Positions 1 through 8,353 of a stretch of DNA of 32,000 nt are shown in pieces (positions within the stretch are counted from its first letter, which is position 1; each line of letters opens with the position of its first letter). The notes under the pieces were generated by a model that had not been told where the DNA came from, did no database searches, and saw nothing but the letters and a program-made list of their open reading frames with translations. Origin of the DNA: Halalkalibacterium halodurans. GTDB lineage: Bacteria > Bacillota > Bacilli > Bacillales > Bacillaceae_D. The position numbers and the translations under genes were made by a program. The DNA is taken from assembly GCF_004376175.1 (NCBI RefSeq), contig NZ_SNUY01000006.1, positions 60,001-92,000 of the forward strand, in the 5' to 3' direction.

Positions 1-137
1 CCAACTGAAATTCGCTGTACGTGATAGTGGACAAGAGGAAGGTATTGGCGAATTAACGCATCACACGCCTCCTGACTACGCTCAGTCAACCACTCTGTCC
101 AAATTTTATCATCCGCCATCGTAGAAACACTTGACAT
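1..137 (-). CDS. sigD: Sigma-28 factor SigD/FliA, N-terminal ~45 codons; the gene continues past the window start
   Basis: Minus-strand ATG at 135-137 is preceded by GGGAGGG (145-151). It translates to MSSVSTMADDKIWTEWLTERSQEACDALIRQYLPLVHYHVQRISVG. The ...YLPLVHYHVQRISVG segment resembles the start of region 2 in B. subtilis SigD as I recall it. The position after cheD fits the fla/che operon. Confidence 0.8.
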   Translation of the reverse strand, partial: MSSVSTMADDKIWTEWLTERSQEACDALIRQYLPLVHYHVQRISV

Positions 138-169
138 CTCGGTTCCCTCCCGTACCTAATTTGAATCGA

Positions 170-493
170 TTAATCTTTTACGTACGCTGCTGCTTGTTCA
201 GGTGTTTCTCGTTCAACTTCGGACTTGTTCACATTTTCCTCTACAAGTACGTCCCCTTGAGACTCGTCATTTGTTAGTGAACGCTGTTCTCCCTCTACTC
301 TTGGGTTGCTGGCTAACGCAACAGCAAAAAGCCAGCGAAACATATATGTAAGGAGAAAGACAATCACGGCCCAAAACAGAGAACGAATCAGGCTTGTTAC
401 CCATACATTCACTTGTAGGTTACCGAAAAGGACAATCAAAAAAGTGATACTCCCCACCACTACATTGGTTCTCCAAGTGCCGAGTAAATTCAT
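170..493 (-). CDS. Small uncharacterised membrane protein (107 aa), with about 2 predicted TM helices and an acidic C-terminal tail
   Basis: The ORF start ATG (491-493) overlaps the cheD TGA (490-492) as ATGA. An AAGGA SD-like motif lies upstream. Hydrophobic segments are [14 protein letters not shown] and [22 protein letters not shown], followed by the E/D-rich tail [24 protein letters not shown] recognise no family. Confidence 0.6.
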   Translation of the reverse strand: MNLLGTWRTNVVVGSITFLIVLFGNLQVNVWVTSLIRSLFWAVIVFLLTYMFRWLFAVALASNPRVEGEQRSLTNDESQGDVLVEENVNKSEVERETPEQAAAYVKD

Positions 494-978
494 ATTTCCT
501 TCTCTCCTTGATGTACGGTCCGGATGGAAAGCCGTTTGGTCTCTGGGTTAAATTCGATCGTTCGTCCGTTCGAGCCCCCTACATCCTCAGCTAAAATCGG
601 AATGCTCAGCTCACGCAACTTTTTCTTTACTGCTTCTACATTTCGTTGACCGATCCGCATCATATCATTGTTCGAGGCAAAGGAAAACATTTGCGCTCCT
701 CCGGCCATTTTTGCTTTTAATGAATAACGTTTGGCTCCAATCGCTTCAAGCTTCGAAAGCAAGAGATCTAGCGCCGTATCGGCATACTTTGCGCGATTAA
801 ACTCCTGCTTTTTCCCTAACGCGGAATCAGGAAGCATAATGTGGGCCATTCCTGCTACTTTTTTCACGTCATCATATAGAACAACGCCGACACATGAACC
901 AAGCCCAGCTGTCCGTATCGTGTGTGGTGGGGTTACAACGTTTAAATCAGCCATTCCTACTTTTACAACGTCATTCAT
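490..978 (-). CDS. cheD: Chemoreceptor glutamine deamidase CheD
   Basis: The 162-aa product carries the CheD hallmark [14 protein letters not shown]...GMAHIMLP. Its start overlaps the cheC stop by 8 nt (ATGAATGA). Confidence 0.93.
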   Translation of the reverse strand: MNDVVKVGMADLNVVTPPHTIRTAGLGSCVGVVLYDDVKKVAGMAHIMLPDSALGKKQEFNRAKYADTALDLLLSKLEAIGAKRYSLKAKMAGGAQMFSFASNNDMMRIGQRNVEAVKKKLRELSIPILAEDVGGSNGRTIEFNPETKRLSIRTVHQGEKEI

Positions 979-1600
979 GTAGGCCCACTCCTAGAGAAGA
1001 GAACATCACATCAAATGACTCCGGATCAGGAAGTAAAAAGAAATGTCCAGCTCCGCGTCTCTCCCCTTCCTCAGAAATTTGCGTATCAATCACAATCGCT
1101 TCGTCACCAATTTGAGAGAGAGGAATCAAACCATAATTTAAGATCGCACCAATCATGTCGATGCTAAGTCCAGGAACGGATGGATAAAGCTTAAGTTTTG
1201 TGAAATCAGCTAAAGCCGACAAATAAGAGCCTGCTAGAATATTTCCTAGCTCCTTTAGGGCGGACATGGAGAGGTCATCCATTTCTCCTTCCAGTGATGA
1301 ACGACTTGCCCCTGTTAACTGTGCAACCATCCCCTTTGCTTCTTCAAGCGTTGCAAGAAAAAACATACTTCCAGGAGCATCTCCTTCAATTCGTAAGAAC
1401 GTCGCGGCTACGACTTCTTCAGGTCCACCGATCCATTCGGTTAACTCTTGAAATGAAACGATATGGACATTCGGTACATTCATGTCAATTGTTTTTTGCA
1501 GCAGTTGAGATAATGCCGTTGCTGCATTACCTGCACCGATATTTCCGATTTCTTTCAAAATGTCTAGGTGAAACGCTTGTAATTCGCTCAAATTTTCCAT
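971..1600 (-). CDS. cheC: CheY-P phosphatase CheC
   Basis: The 209-aa product has duplicated CheC motifs ([17 protein letters not shown] and [17 protein letters not shown]). A GGAAGAGGG SD lies upstream of the ATG. Confidence 0.93.
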   Translation of the reverse strand: MENLSELQAFHLDILKEIGNIGAGNAATALSQLLQKTIDMNVPNVHIVSFQELTEWIGGPEEVVAATFLRIEGDAPGSMFFLATLEEAKGMVAQLTGASRSSLEGEMDDLSMSALKELGNILAGSYLSALADFTKLKLYPSVPGLSIDMIGAILNYGLIPLSQIGDEAIVIDTQISEEGERRGAGHFFLLPDPESFDVMFSSLGVGLHE

Positions 1601-1627
1601 TCCGCCCTCTTCCTCTCTCGATGATTA

Positions 1628-2668
1628 TCACCTTTTGCATTGACGAACGATACTGTCAGCTATAAGTTCAAGGTGGGTCACTTCATCTACAAGCTTTCTT
1701 TCAATCGCCACTTTCGGCATTCCAAATACGACACAAGACTGCTCTGATTCAGCAATCGCATAACAAGATCCGCGCTTAAGTTGTTCCAAGCCTTCCGTTC
1801 CATCTGAACCCATTCCAGTCATAATGACGGCAACCTTATAGATACTAGATAAAGCAGATACAGATTCAAACAAAACATCCACCGATGGACGGTGTCCCTT
1901 ACGCGGCTCTTCTTTCGTTAAATGTAAGGCGATCGACGTTCCTAATCGTTTCGTCTCGAGATGGTACCCACCTGGCGCAATATAAGCGACTCCTGGGCGA
2001 ATGATCTCTCCGTCTTCCGCTTCCTTCACGTGAATCTCACACAAGCTATTAAGCCGATTAGCAAGAGATTCGGTAAAACCAGCCGGCATATGTTGCACGA
2101 TTAATATCGGTGCTGGCAAATCTTTCGGGAGCTTTGTCAATACTTGTTTCAAGGCTTTCGGTCCACCAGTCGATGTGCCAATCACAATGATCGTTTTGTC
2201 GAAAGGCACCGGCTGCTGAAGTGGTCGGAAAACGACTGGCGCCTTTTTGGACGTCGGCTTTAATTTCACGTTCGGTGCCGATGCGACTTTCTCAATCAGC
2301 AGATCACGAACTTTTTCTAGATCAAGGGAGATCGGCCCTGAAGGCTTTGTTATAAAATCGACAGCTCCAAGTTCCATAGCGGTTAGTGCATTCTCTGCCC
2401 CTTCTTTCGTTGTACTGCTAACGATAATGATGGGCAGCGGGTTTTCTGACATCAAACGTTTTAACGTTTCGATTCCATCCATGACCGGCATTTCTACATC
2501 TAATGTCATCACGTCAGGGGCTAGCGTTTTTCGTTTTTTCAGGGCATCCTCCCCGTTTCTAGCTGTTCCCACTACCTCAAGGCGAGGGTCCGATTCTAGC
2601 ATCGATGTGATGACCTTACGCATGAACGCCGAGTCATCGACGACTAATACTTTGATGCGGGATTCCAT
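1628..2668 (-). CDS. cheB: Chemotaxis response regulator protein-glutamate methylesterase CheB
   Basis: The 346-aa product has an N-terminal receiver domain (VLVVDDSAFMR...DVEMPVMDG) and a C-terminal methylesterase domain (IGTSTGGPKAL, HRPSVDVLF, MTGMGSDG). Confidence 0.95.
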   Translation of the reverse strand: MESRIKVLVVDDSAFMRKVITSMLESDPRLEVVGTARNGEDALKKRKTLAPDVMTLDVEMPVMDGIETLKRLMSENPLPIIIVSSTTKEGAENALTAMELGAVDFITKPSGPISLDLEKVRDLLIEKVASAPNVKLKPTSKKAPVVFRPLQQPVPFDKTIIVIGTSTGGPKALKQVLTKLPKDLPAPILIVQHMPAGFTESLANRLNSLCEIHVKEAEDGEIIRPGVAYIAPGGYHLETKRLGTSIALHLTKEEPRKGHRPSVDVLFESVSALSSIYKVAVIMTGMGSDGTEGLEQLKRGSCYAIAESEQSCVVFGMPKVAIERKLVDEVTHLELIADSIVRQCKR

Positions 2669-2701
2669 ATGACACCTCCCATCACTGCAATCTTGACCGT
2701 T

Positions 2702-3568
2702 TTAGCGAAACCATTTCCTTATTTTCTTCATAAACGATTGATACGAGGGAGCCCCCCTGTCCACTCGGTGCCCAAGATAGGTATGGACGAGCTTCCCCAT
2801 CGCCATGCTCGCCTTCGCCTGTGGTGCATGGAGAACGAATGGGGCTTGTGCTTTAACCGCCTTCACGACATGGCTATCTTGCGGAAGGTAGCCAAGCGAG
2901 TGGATGTCTTTTTTCAAGAAGTGGCTGACGACACGTTTAAAATTAGCGGCTGTCTGCTCCCCCTCTCGTTTCGATTCTGCTCGATTCACGATCAGTAAAA
3001 TCTCAGGATTTTCGATCGGTTCCTTGCAAATATACTTGACCATGGCGTAAGCATCCGTAATAGACGTCGGTTCCGGTGTCGTGACAACAAATATTTCATG
3101 GGCAGACAAAATAAATCGAAGACTTTCGGCTGTTGCTCCAGCTCCCATATCGAGAATGATATAATCATAGATTGCCCCCAACGATTCAAGTTGCTGGAAA
3201 AAACGTTCCATTTGTCGTTCGTTTAATTCGACAAGCTCCGAAAGTCCCGAACCTCCAGCGATGTATGTGATTCCTTCTGGCCCTTGCTCTGCTATATCCC
3301 AAATCGTTAGTTCCCGTTTAATCATATCGATGATGTGGTAGCTAGGGGATAGTCCCATGAGAATGTCAAGGTTGCCCATTCCTAAATCTAAATCAATCAA
3401 GGCAACTTTTTGGTTTTGCCTAGAAAGAGTGAGGGCAAAGTTAAGGGAAACATTTGATTTGCCGACGCCGCCTTTTCCACTAACAACAGCGATTACTTTC
3501 CCTTGTCCCCGTCCTTGCTCCATCACGCCATCAACCATTCTTCTGAGACTTTCCGCTTGGTCACGCAT
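2702..3568 (-). CDS. flhG: MinD-like flagellar number/placement ATPase FlhG (YlxH)
   Basis: The 288-aa product has a deviant Walker A (SGKGGVGKSN). Its start overlaps the flhF stop by 8 nt. The position after flhF is the expected one. Confidence 0.92.
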   Translation of the reverse strand: MRDQAESLRRMVDGVMEQGRGQGKVIAVVSGKGGVGKSNVSLNFALTLSRQNQKVALIDLDLGMGNLDILMGLSPSYHIIDMIKRELTIWDIAEQGPEGITYIAGGSGLSELVELNERQMERFFQQLESLGAIYDYIILDMGAGATAESLRFILSAHEIFVVTTPEPTSITDAYAMVKYICKEPIENPEILLIVNRAESKREGEQTAANFKRVVSHFLKKDIHSLGYLPQDSHVVKAVKAQAPFVLHAPQAKASMAMGKLVHTYLGHRVDRGAPSYQSFMKKIRKWFR

Positions 3569-4706
3569 GGCCTTTTGCCCCTAATATAGTCTGAATGATC
3601 CAATCGTTGGATGATTCAACGATATCATCCGGGACATTTTGCCCGTTTGTTACATATGCCACACCCTTGCCTTGTTCAAACATCATATTGAGCATAGCCC
3701 CATATGTATCAGTCTCATCTTGCTTCGTAAAAATGATCTGTTTGATCGGAACGAGCGAAAATTGTTCAATAATCGCTTTCATATCTCGATACTTCCCTGT
3801 TAAGGAAAGGACGAGATAATTTTCAGCTTCATGCTTAAAATCAATGACCTTCTCCAATTCTTTTACGTAAAGGGCGTTTCGAAAATTTCTTCCCGCTGAA
3901 TCGACTAATACAAGATCATAATGGATAAATTGGTTTTTTGCCTTCTGAAAATCTTCCATCGAATAAACGACTTCTAACGGAATATTTAAGATTTTAGCGT
4001 ATGTTTTGAGCTGCTCAACTGCTGCAATCCGATACGTATCGGTTGTAATGAGGGCTACTTTTTTCTTTTTCTTCAAGACGCTATGAGCCGCAAGCTTGGC
4101 AATCGTCGTCGTTTTTCCAACACCGGTTGGACCGACGATGTTAACGAATTTTTTTTGAAAGGTTATCCCCCCTTCTGGGAGAAGGGATAGTTTTCGCTTT
4201 AAAAGTTGCTCTCCTTTCGTTAACAGCTCTTCATAGGACCACGGTGTTTGCTCATCCCCTTCCTCTTGTAGCCAAGATTGCAGTAAGTGTTTGACGAGCT
4301 GGAGACGCACGGCATCACATACTTCTTGCTGTTTCAACTGTTCGTCAAAGGAATGAAACGGTTCTGGATAGGACTGCATACTCGTTTCTTTTATATTGAT
4401 CGTCTGCATCATTTTTTTAAGCTCTTGAATTTCGACGAGAAGCGCTTCGGTTGACTTTTCATTTACTGATGACGGTCTTCCATCAACGTTCCAGCCCTTT
4501 CTTTTTTTAGGGGGCAAGGTGACTTTCGCCCGTTCAATAGGGTCTATCGCCGCGATCACTTCCAACTTCTTTTTCGTAAAAAAGCCGAGAAATCCACCGG
4601 TCTCAATCTCTTTTGAATTAAGGATGACCGCATGCTCCCCTAACTCCACACGAATTTTTTCCATAGCCTCCCCCATGGACGAAGCCACGTACTTTTTTAC
4701 CTTCAC
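3561..4706 (-). CDS. flhF: SRP-type flagellar GTPase FlhF
   Basis: The 381-aa product has GTPase motifs GPTGVGKTTTIAKLA, DTYRIAAVEQL, DSAGR and TKQDE. It starts at GTG, preceded by AGGGGTGGTGA. Confidence 0.93.
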   Translation of the reverse strand: MKVKKYVASSMGEAMEKIRVELGEHAVILNSKEIETGGFLGFFTKKKLEVIAAIDPIERAKVTLPPKKRKGWNVDGRPSSVNEKSTEALLVEIQELKKMMQTINIKETSMQSYPEPFHSFDEQLKQQEVCDAVRLQLVKHLLQSWLQEEGDEQTPWSYEELLTKGEQLLKRKLSLLPEGGITFQKKFVNIVGPTGVGKTTTIAKLAAHSVLKKKKKVALITTDTYRIAAVEQLKTYAKILNIPLEVVYSMEDFQKAKNQFIHYDLVLVDSAGRNFRNALYVKELEKVIDFKHEAENYLVLSLTGKYRDMKAIIEQFSLVPIKQIIFTKQDETDTYGAMLNMMFEQGKGVAYVTNGQNVPDDIVESSNDWIIQTILGAKGHA

Positions 4707-4796
4707 GACGGATTCACCACCCCTACACTTTGAACTTCAACATTCGCTTCTAACTCGTTACACTAGCGTTGCATTAAATAAAAAAAGATTTGTCAA

Positions 4797-6220
4797 GGTG
4801 TAATTAAATTCAATTTTATTGAATTTATGGTAAATACTAGTCTTCAACTTCATAAAAAAATCCTTATAATTAGATGACAGAAGGTACGAAGTCCTGTCCA
4901 TATCCTAATTATAAGGAGTAAACCTATGGACAAGAATAACACAAAAACGGTTTTTAAGGAATACATTCAACCGACAGACATGAAAGTCATTTCTAAAATC
5001 ATTGATCAAATGCAAGTGGATAAATATGTTAAAAAACTAGATAGCCTCACCTTTATCAAACTCTTTATTTATGCTCAATTGAAACAGTTATCAAGTCTAA
5101 AGGAAATTAGTTTTAAAGTGCGGCATAAGAAAAAATTACAAAAAGAACTTGGATTAAAAAGCATCAGTAAATCCCAATTATCCCGTAAACTTTCTGATTT
5201 GCCACCAGAGATTTTTGAATCCATCCTTCATCATTTAGTCCAACAGATCCACCGGGAATTCGGGAAGGAAAAGGGAAATGCTTTATTAGGCAAAATCCAT
5301 CTCATTGATTCTACTACCATCTCTTTTTGTCTTAGCCAGTATCGATGGGCTCATTTCCGAAATACAAAAGCGGGAGTGAAAATACATACCCGTGTCGTTA
5401 TTCATGAAGGGGAGATTTCCCCGGATAAGATCATCATCACCCCTGCCAGGCGGGCAGATTCCACACAACTGGATGCCTTGATGGTCATCGAAAAGGATGC
5501 CCTTCACGTATTTGATCGGGGATATTTCGATTTCGATAAGTTTGACGATTACTGTAAAAATAACGTTCGGTTTTGTACTCGAATAAAAGATAACACGGTC
5601 ATCAAGGTTATTGAAGAACTGCCTGTGGACCCATCTTCCGATATTCTTCGTGAGGCGGTGGTCAAGCTAGGAAAAATGAAATACCCTCTACGATTGATTG
5701 AAACGCTGGACAGTCAAGGAAACAAGATCTCGATTATCATAAATGATGCAAAGATGAGCGCAGAGGAAATCAGTGATCTTTATCGAAGCCGCTGGCAAAT
5801 CGAGTTGTTCTTCAAATGGATGAAGCAGCATATGGTTCTGAAAAAATGTTATGGAAAGAGCGCCAATGCCGTTTACAACCAAGTCTATATCGCCATGATT
5901 ACTTTCTGTTTAACTTTATTAATGAAGAAGAAAGTGCGTTATCAAGGAACTCTCCTTGAGATGCTTGAGTTTATAAAAGAATATTGGTGGAGAAGCTTCT
6001 CTGTTTTTCTAAAGGAGCTATTTAAAAAGCCCAAGCGATCATCAAAGGGTCGAAGGCGACTTGATCATGACCGGATTTTCAACGAAACCTTAGCACAATT
6101 TGAAGATGGTGATACCCAACATTTAAACGACCTAAGTTATGACCCTATCTACTAATTTGTAAAAAATTGGATAAGGACTACCTTCAAACAGACCCCCCTT
6201 ATCCTTTTGACTTGATTACC
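4797..6220 (+). mobile_element. IS4-family insertion sequence inside the fla/che operon; termini are only tentative
   Basis: A 1565-nt gap separates flhA and flhF, and it carries a transposase gene antisense to the operon. The tentative ends come from a weak inverted match of GGTGTAATTAAATTCAA (4797-4813) to the reverse complement of 6207-6220 (GGTAATCAAGTCAA). A clearer subterminal inverted match is GAAGGTA..GTCCT..ATCC at 4880-4905 versus 6165-6185. I could not define a target duplication. Confidence 0.45.
4926..6155 (+). CDS. IS4-family DDE transposase (409 aa)
   Basis: Candidate DDE triad contexts are IHLIDSTTISF, HVFDRGYFDF and YRSRWQIELFFKWMKQH. The last is the Y-(2)-R-(3)-E-(6)-K signature typical of IS4-type transposases. 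An AAGGAG SD lies at 4913-4918. Confidence 0.9.
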   Translation: MDKNNTKTVFKEYIQPTDMKVISKIIDQMQVDKYVKKLDSLTFIKLFIYAQLKQLSSLKEISFKVRHKKKLQKELGLKSISKSQLSRKLSDLPPEIFESILHHLVQQIHREFGKEKGNALLGKIHLIDSTTISFCLSQYRWAHFRNTKAGVKIHTRVVIHEGEISPDKIIITPARRADSTQLDALMVIEKDALHVFDRGYFDFDKFDDYCKNNVRFCTRIKDNTVIKVIEELPVDPSSDILREAVVKLGKMKYPLRLIETLDSQGNKISIIINDAKMSAEEISDLYRSRWQIELFFKWMKQHMVLKKCYGKSANAVYNQVYIAMITFCLTLLMKKKVRYQGTLLEMLEFIKEYWWRSFSVFLKELFKKPKRSSKGRRRLDHDRIFNETLAQFEDGDTQHLNDLSYDPIY

Positions 6221-6271
6221 AAGAAAAAAATAAAACTGAATATTTCGTAAAGTTATAAAATGTAATAATTA

Positions 6272-8317
6272 TCAATAATATTCCATTTCTGTACCCTTGA
6301 CTTTGTCTTCACTTTTTTGTGCAACGCTAGTGAACTCGTTATAAGACAGAATTGGAACTTGCGGCAAATATCGTTCAAGTAGCTGACGAACATACATTCG
6401 AACTGCCGGTGAACAAAGGATCACAGGTGGCTGGCCCATTTGCGATAAACGATCCGCTTCTTGGGCAGCGGCTTCAATGATTTTCTGCGACTGATCAGGG
6501 TCGATCGAAACAAAATTCCCATGTTCTGTCTGCTGAACGCCATCAGCAATCATTTTTTCTACCATCCCGCTCAAGGTGACAACGTATAAAGGCTCTCCTT
6601 GCTGGGCAAATTGCTTGGAAATTTGTCGTGATAACGATTGACGAACATATTCCGTTAACAAATCCATATCCTTCGTCATTTGTCCGTAGTCGGCGATCGT
6701 TTCAAAAATGGTAGGCAAATTGCGAATCGAAATGTGTTCCTTCAATAAGTTTGTTAACACCTTCTGAATCTCACCAATCGACAACGTATTCGTTACTTCT
6801 TCCACAAGGGCTGGATACGCTTCTTTTAAATGATCGACTAATTGCTTTGTTTCCTGACGGCCGATAAGTTCATGTGCGTGACGCTTAATCACTTCTGTCA
6901 AATGGGTCGATACAACTGACGGCGGATCAACAACGGTATAGCCAGATAGTTCAGCTTGTTCTTTCATTTCCTCACTGATCCAAAGGGCCGGTAAACCAAA
7001 CGCTGGCTCTACAGTTTCGATACCGACCACACTTTCATCCTCTACTCCAGGACTCATCGCCATATAATGGTCGAGAAGCAGCTCCCCTTTGGCAACTTCA
7101 TTCCCTTTAATTTTGATCGTATATTCATTCGGCTGAAGCTGAATGTTGTCGCGAATGCGAATAACTGGAACGACCATTCCGAGCTCTAGCGCCATTTGCC
7201 GCCTGATCATAACAACCCGGTCAAGCAAGTCTCCCCCTTGGTTCGTGTCCGCAAGTGGAATGAGTCCATAGCCAAATTCAAATTCGATCGGGTCAATTTG
7301 CAGCAAATTGACGACACTTTCCGGAGACTTTAAATCCTCATTCTCATCTGATGCTTCTTCTTTTTCTTCCTCTGCCAATTGTTTTTGCTCCCCTTGGGAC
7401 AAATGATATCCACCAAAGGCGAGCACCCCTGCAATGATCGATGTGACAATGAGCGAAATGGGCGTTAATAGCCCTAATGCAAGAATGGTACCAGAAGCCA
7501 CATAGAGCATTTTCGGGTAAGCGAGCAATTGTTTCGTAATATCTTGCCCAAGGTTTCCGTCAGATGCTGCTCTTGTGACAATAATTCCTGTAGCTGTCGA
7601 AATGATCAGGGCCGGAATTTGGCTGACGAGACCATCCCCTACGGTAAGCAGTGTAAAATGATTCGCTGAGTCTGACAAACTCATTCCCATCTGCATCATG
7701 CCAATCACTAGGCCGAAAATGATATTAATGATGACAATGACAATTCCGGCGATGGCGTCCCCCTTTACAAACTTACTAGCCCCGTCCATTGCACCGTAAA
7801 AGTCTGCTTCTTTTTCGATTTTTTCCCGGCGTTCTTTTGCTTCAATATCGGAAATCATCCCAGCGTTTAAGTCGGCATCGATGCTCATCTGCTTTCCTGG
7901 CATCGCGTCGAGGGTGAAGCGGGCACCTACTTCGGATACACGCTCTGCCCCTTTTGTGATGACGATAAACTGAATGATAATCAAAATGAGGAAGACGACA
8001 AATCCGACGAGAGGATTTCCACCGATAACGAAGTTTCCGAATGTATCAATGACATTTCCAGCTTCTCCGTTCCCTAAAATTGATCTTGTCGTCGACACGT
8101 TCAGTCCTAGACGAAATAACGTCACAATCAAAAGCAACGTTGGGAAAATGGAGAACTGTAACGGCTCCTTCGTGTTCATCGCCACGAGTATAATCAAAAT
8201 TGCGAGGGAGATGTTCGTGATAATTAAAAAATCCAACATCGCCGGCGGCAATGGGATGATCAGCATGATCACGATCAGTATAACGCTTAATAATACGGCT
8301 AAATCTCTTGCTCTCAC
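6272..8317 (-). CDS. flhA: Flagellar type III export gate protein FlhA
   Basis: The 681-aa product has an N-terminal polytopic membrane domain (FSIFPTLLLIVTLFRLGLNVSTTR, FVKGDAIAG) and a cytoplasmic C-domain. It starts at GTG with a GAGGAGA SD. Confidence 0.95.
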   Translation of the reverse strand: MRARDLAVLLSVILIVIMLIIPLPPAMLDFLIITNISLAILIILVAMNTKEPLQFSIFPTLLLIVTLFRLGLNVSTTRSILGNGEAGNVIDTFGNFVIGGNPLVGFVVFLILIIIQFIVITKGAERVSEVGARFTLDAMPGKQMSIDADLNAGMISDIEAKERREKIEKEADFYGAMDGASKFVKGDAIAGIVIVIINIIFGLVIGMMQMGMSLSDSANHFTLLTVGDGLVSQIPALIISTATGIIVTRAASDGNLGQDITKQLLAYPKMLYVASGTILALGLLTPISLIVTSIIAGVLAFGGYHLSQGEQKQLAEEEKEEASDENEDLKSPESVVNLLQIDPIEFEFGYGLIPLADTNQGGDLLDRVVMIRRQMALELGMVVPVIRIRDNIQLQPNEYTIKIKGNEVAKGELLLDHYMAMSPGVEDESVVGIETVEPAFGLPALWISEEMKEQAELSGYTVVDPPSVVSTHLTEVIKRHAHELIGRQETKQLVDHLKEAYPALVEEVTNTLSIGEIQKVLTNLLKEHISIRNLPTIFETIADYGQMTKDMDLLTEYVRQSLSRQISKQFAQQGEPLYVVTLSGMVEKMIADGVQQTEHGNFVSIDPDQSQKIIEAAAQEADRLSQMGQPPVILCSPAVRMYVRQLLERYLPQVPILSYNEFTSVAQKSEDKVKGTEMEYY

Positions 8318-8353
8318 GATGGTCTCTCCTCACATACAGTAAATTTTAGTCTT

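Noticed and set aside
776-783. GCCGATAC on the minus strand inside cheD, considered as the -10 of an internal sigma-D promoter for sigD
   Set aside because: The required TAAA at about 15 nt upstream is absent; only TTTAAT lies at 13-14 nt. The site is about 640 nt from the sigD start and inside a coding region.
4791-4796. A perfect TTGACA on the operon (minus) strand pointing toward flhF, considered as an IS-borne outward promoter
   Set aside because: No acceptable -10 hexamer lies at 16-18 nt spacing. The candidates are ATGCAA, TGCAAC and GCAACG. A lone -35 match in AT-rich DNA is expected by chance.
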